Shown in pieces: positions 60,538 through 64,000 of a stretch of DNA of 64,000 nt. The stretch spans positions 767,078-831,077 of the forward strand of contig JBFLYH010000002.1 of NCBI GenBank assembly GCA_040756875.1, read 5' to 3'. A program made the position numbers and the translations under genes. Numbering within the stretch: position 1 is the first letter of the stretch; every line of letters starts with the position of its first letter. The stretch comes from a candidate division FCPU426 bacterium (GTDB taxonomy: Bacteria > Oederibacteriota > JAAXVQ01 > JAUVAV01). Below the pieces are notes generated by a model. It was not told the DNA's origin and did no database searches. It saw nothing but the letters and a program-made list of their open reading frames with translations.

Positions 60538-62868
60538 GTGAGAGGGCGTATTTGGTTGGGAACCAGCATCGTGCTGCTAATGGCGCTTGCAGGAACCCTG
60601 GCGTTGATATATTACTGGAATCGAATTCAGAAAGAAGCCGTGCAAATGCTCCAGACTCGGTTGAATGAAATGGAGCTGCAACGGTTTGAAAGCGATAAAG
60701 GAAAGCAGTTGGAGGAAGCCGCCCAGGCAGGGGCGGCGCAACTGGAGCAAGTGGTCGCTCGGGTCAGGGCACAAGTTGAAGCGGCGGCGGATACGGCGGT
60801 GCTCCGGGCGCCTCAGGCCAAAGCCGTGGAACGCCGCAACAAAGTGGCAGCTTTCGTTAAAATGGCGCGCGCCCAGGGAGGATGGCTGGGGAGCCTGCTG
60901 ACCGATGAAACCGGAAAGGTGATGGCTTGGACCGGTAAAAAATCCCCACCCGCCACGATTGCTCCAACTCCGGCTTTTGACCAAGCCTCCCGCCAACGCC
61001 TGACACTTGTCCATTTTCTCGAACAGCCCGAAGGGTTTCCCTGGTTACAAATTACCACTCCATGCTTGAATGAACGGGGAAATTTTATGGGTGTCCTACA
61101 GGTGGAAGTTTCTCTTCCGACCGAGGAGTTGAAAAACTTTTCCCCTTCGGGGGGATTGATGACGCTGATCATCACCAACAACGGTCAGCGGTTAAGTCCG
61201 GTTCCCCAAAGCACGTTTCCAAAAAATCTAGGCGCATTGTTAGGCATGGATCTGCGCAAGATGGAGACCGTCTTGGACCAGCCCGCGCCGCAGCATCGGC
61301 GCGCCCAATGGGAGAACACCACGTACTTGTTGGGGCTGGCCGCCACACAAATACCAAGAATTAGAATTGCCACGCTGATGGAGATATCCGGACTGGAACA
61401 AGTTGTGGGGCCTAATCTTGCAGGGGAAGGGGCCCTGGAGGATCCGGTGGTGCTGGCCGGATTGGGAGTCATCGTCGCGATTTGCCTGCTCATGCTGTTT
61501 TGGATTAGTGGGAGCGGGCAGAAACCATTGAAAAGATTGAACACCCAGCTCTCTGGCATGCTGCAAACCGGCGAGTTGCCCCGGGCGATCTCTGCGACCG
61601 GCCGGGGTGAGTGGGAAAAGCTGGCCGAATGGATAAACATGCTCGTGGAACGGGTAGGCAGCCAGGGTATTCCCGAAGCAACCGGGGCGCAGAGCGAAGA
61701 ATTGATTGCAGTCCAAAAAAACCTGGACGATCTCCGCCGAAAATTGGAACGTGCGGAAATGGAAAAGTCGGGACTGCAACAACAAGTGTCGGTTTTGGAA
61801 ACGGAAAAGAGCGAGTGGCAGAGCGCGTCTCAGAAAGCCATGGAGTCGGCGGAATCCGCGGACTCTTTGCAGGCGCTGATGGAGAACAATCGATCAGATG
61901 CAGAGCTAAGAATCCAAGCGATTACCAGCATGTCTGACGATCTTAAAGCGACGTTGGTCGTGATTAAAAATTACATCACTTCGATTTTATCTTCGGAAGA
62001 GGGGAAAATCACGGATACACAGCAAGAGTTCCTGGGGGTGGTGATCAATAAAAGCGCCCGCCTGGAACGCCAGATCAACGACCTGCTGGATATCTCCCAC
62101 ATGGAAGGGGGGCTGTCGCAGCTCTATCGCTCGCGCACGGAACTCGCCTCCATGATCCAAGACGTCGTGTTGAACAGCCAGCCCCAAGCGGACATCAAAC
62201 AAGTCCGTCTGGTGCAGGAGCTGCATACGCCGCTGCCACCATTGATGATAGACAGTGATCGCATGGGCCAGGTTTTTTTAAATCTGGTGCAGCACGCGAT
62301 CAAGACTTCGCCGGTCGGGGGAGAGGTTTTGATTACCGCCACGGAGACCTATTCCGGTGTGGTGGTAAAAATCAGGGACAGTGGACCCTCGTTGGAGTCC
62401 GAGCAGGCCCAACAGGTGTTCGGCATTTTTCATGGCCCGGATTCCCAGACCCGCGCGGATATCGTCAATACCGGCTTGCGGTTCCCGATTTTAAAGCGGA
62501 TCGTGGATGCGCACCAAGGGACCGTGACCATGCGTGGATTGCCGGACCAAGGGAACGAAGCCGTGATCACACTGCCAAAAAGCGCAGAAGCTGAATCCGC
62601 GACAGAGATGCCGCTGGAGGTTTTTGAAGTAAAGCCGGCGGCGGCAGCCACCGAGCCGGCCGGACATCAGGCGGAATCTGAAAAACCGGCCGAAGCCGAG
62701 GCCCAGCCCCCTCAGGACGAGACCATGCCCTACGACTTGACATCCTTTATGGGGAAAATGGACGAATTTGCCGGCGAGGAGAGTACCCAGCCTGCCGTGC
62801 CAGGCGGCCCGGAGTTGGACACCTTGTTAAGCGATATCGAGAATATCGACGGCAAACTGAATCGCTAG
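60538..62868 (+). CDS. Membrane histidine-kinase-like protein with degenerate catalytic motifs (probable pseudokinase)
   Basis: 2 TMs, extracytoplasmic domain, HAMP-like segment, coiled coil; H-box SMSDDLKATL, N-box NLVQHAIK, G2 NTGLRF; RBS AGGAGG. Confidence 0.8.
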   Translation: MRGRIWLGTSIVLLMALAGTLALIYYWNRIQKEAVQMLQTRLNEMELQRFESDKGKQLEEAAQAGAAQLEQVVARVRAQVEAAADTAVLRAPQAKAVERRNKVAAFVKMARAQGGWLGSLLTDETGKVMAWTGKKSPPATIAPTPAFDQASRQRLTLVHFLEQPEGFPWLQITTPCLNERGNFMGVLQVEVSLPTEELKNFSPSGGLMTLIITNNGQRLSPVPQSTFPKNLGALLGMDLRKMETVLDQPAPQHRRAQWENTTYLLGLAATQIPRIRIATLMEISGLEQVVGPNLAGEGALEDPVVLAGLGVIVAICLLMLFWISGSGQKPLKRLNTQLSGMLQTGELPRAISATGRGEWEKLAEWINMLVERVGSQGIPEATGAQSEELIAVQKNLDDLRRKLERAEMEKSGLQQQVSVLETEKSEWQSASQKAMESAESADSLQALMENNRSDAELRIQAITSMSDDLKATLVVIKNYITSILSSEEGKITDTQQEFLGVVINKSARLERQINDLLDISHMEGGLSQLYRSRTELASMIQDVVLNSQPQADIKQVRLVQELHTPLPPLMIDSDRMGQVFLNLVQHAIKTSPVGGEVLITATETYSGVVVKIRDSGPSLESEQAQQVFGIFHGPDSQTRADIVNTGLRFPILKRIVDAHQGTVTMRGLPDQGNEAVITLPKSAEAESATEMPLEVFEVKPAAAATEPAGHQAESEKPAEAEAQPPQDETMPYDLTSFMGKMDEFAGEESTQPAVPGGPELDTLLSDIENIDGKLNR

Positions 62869-62911
62869 GAATTCTTAAAACGCAGCGGACAGACAAGACG
62901 CGAACGCCGGC

Positions 62912-64000
62912 TCACGGTTCCGGCGGAAGAATGCGCACCCACCCGGAGTCATCCTCCTGGAACCGCGTACCCCATTGCGAGGATAAATGCTGCAGATGCT
63001 GGTAGATGCGCTCGGCGCGGGAGCCGTTGAGCGGCCGGGGCATAAAGCGGGTGGACAAGTTATCCACGGATAAAGCAAGCGCCCAGGCCGAGAGACTGGA
63101 GCCCGCAGACTCCACCTGAGTTTTCGCTAAAATGCTGTCTACCGCCTTGGCGCTCCGTCCACCGCCGAAGACCAAGTTGCCAAGCGAATAAAAAATCACG
63201 CCACCCCGGTACCATTCCACCCCCTGTAAAATATGTGGATGCGAGCCCAAAACGATCCGCGCCCCGGCATCAATCGCTGCATGGCCGTACTGAATTTGAT
63301 AGGATTTGGGATCAGGTTCGAGTTCTCCCCCCCAATGAAAACAAACCACGACTTCGTCGGCCCAAGCCGTAGCGGAACGAATATCGGCTTCGACCAACGG
63401 AAATCGCGCCAAGGCGGTTCCGGGTTTGCGGGCGCCGGCCCAAAACTCCGAGGGATAGGTTAAGGAGTATGAAAGAATAGCCAGCGTTCGGTTGCCGGCA
63501 AGGTGTACGGCCGCGGCTCGATGAGCGGCCCGCAAGTCCGGGCCCGCTCCAGCATGGGCGATCTCAGCGGCGTCCAGCGCTTCCAGCGTGTCTTGCAAAG
63601 CCTCGGGTCCGAAATCCAAGATGTGATTATTAGCTAAAGAAACGGCGGTAATGCCAGCCCGGCGCAACGCCGAAGCGGCTTCCGGCTTGCCGTGAAAGGT
63701 GAACTTTTTATTCCGAAACGGCCGGCCGCGGGTGGACAGGGGGCATTCCAAGTTGACCAGACCGATGTCCGCGCTTTGGAAATAAGGCGAGAGGAACTCA
63801 TAGGGGTAATCCTGGCCATTCTGTTCAAGGTAGGGATCCAACCAGCAAGCAGGTAATACATCCCCCCCGGCGACAAGGGTCCAGGAGGTCGGCTCAGGAG
63901 CCGGTGTTGAGGTTGGTTCGGGGGTGGATTCTGGCATTGTGCCGGCCGAAGACAAGGGAGCGGCAGGTAAGGAGAGGGGGGCCGGAACCGAGGCGCACCC
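62912..64000 (-). CDS. CapA-family metallophosphatase-like protein (5' end outside the window)
   Basis: GDV, NLECPL, SLANNH.LDFG, HWG.E, GSHPH, YSLGN; frame open to the window edge. Confidence 0.9.
   Translation of the reverse strand, partial: GCASVPAPLSLPAAPLSSAGTMPESTPEPTSTPAPEPTSWTLVAGGDVLPACWLDPYLEQNGQDYPYEFLSPYFQSADIGLVNLECPLSTRGRPFRNKKFTFHGKPEAASALRRAGITAVSLANNHILDFGPEALQDTLEALDAAEIAHAGAGPDLRAAHRAAAVHLAGNRTLAILSYSLTYPSEFWAGARKPGTALARFPLVEADIRSATAWADEVVVCFHWGGELEPDPKSYQIQYGHAAIDAGARIVLGSHPHILQGVEWYRGGVIFYSLGNLVFGGGRSAKAVDSILAKTQVESAGSSLSAWALALSVDNLSTRFMPRPLNGSRAERIYQHLQHLSSQWGTRFQEDDSGWVRILPPEP

Overview
Bacterial chromosomal window containing the replication origin. It probably comes from an uncultured, diderm, largely anaerobic lineage; the TPT-linker/YPNP-tailed secreted protein resembles FCPU426-like candidate phyla (inference only). 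The left part (1-35 kb, about 60% GC) holds trxB, two V4R/HNOX-like paralogs, a cold-shock gene, a TetR-controlled TolC/HlyD/ABC efflux operon, typA, a large FG-GAP secreted protein, an ABC-F ATPase, class II RNR (nrdJ) with tandem NrdR boxes, a GGDEF-PilZ pair, a Methylomonas-type C30 carotenoid cluster (crtN, ald, crtNb/crtP, crtQ-like) and an orphan RND pump. The middle (35-45 kb) holds six tRNAs (all four tRNA-Ser, Ala-CGC, Arg-ACG), tadA, fixCX, an HK with a DivK-like response regulator, and serS. The right part is a rearranged origin cluster: gyrB-dciA-recF-rsmG-mnmE-jag-yidC-yidD-rnpA-rpmH on the minus strand, and dnaA-oriC-dnaN-gyrA plus a pseudokinase on the plus strand, with two parS sites flanking rsmG. 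The most notable observations are (1) a smooth, deep AT trough centred on the parS sites that runs through core genes, (2) gyrB/recF moved to the opposite side of oriC with mnmG/parAB absent, (3) a candidate multi-stem ncRNA upstream of trxB, (4) a palindromic element inserted in-frame in a diguanylate cyclase, (5) the C30 carotenoid cluster lacking a synthase, and (6) a degenerate histidine kinase after gyrA. No CRISPR array, rRNA, transposase or integrase was seen.
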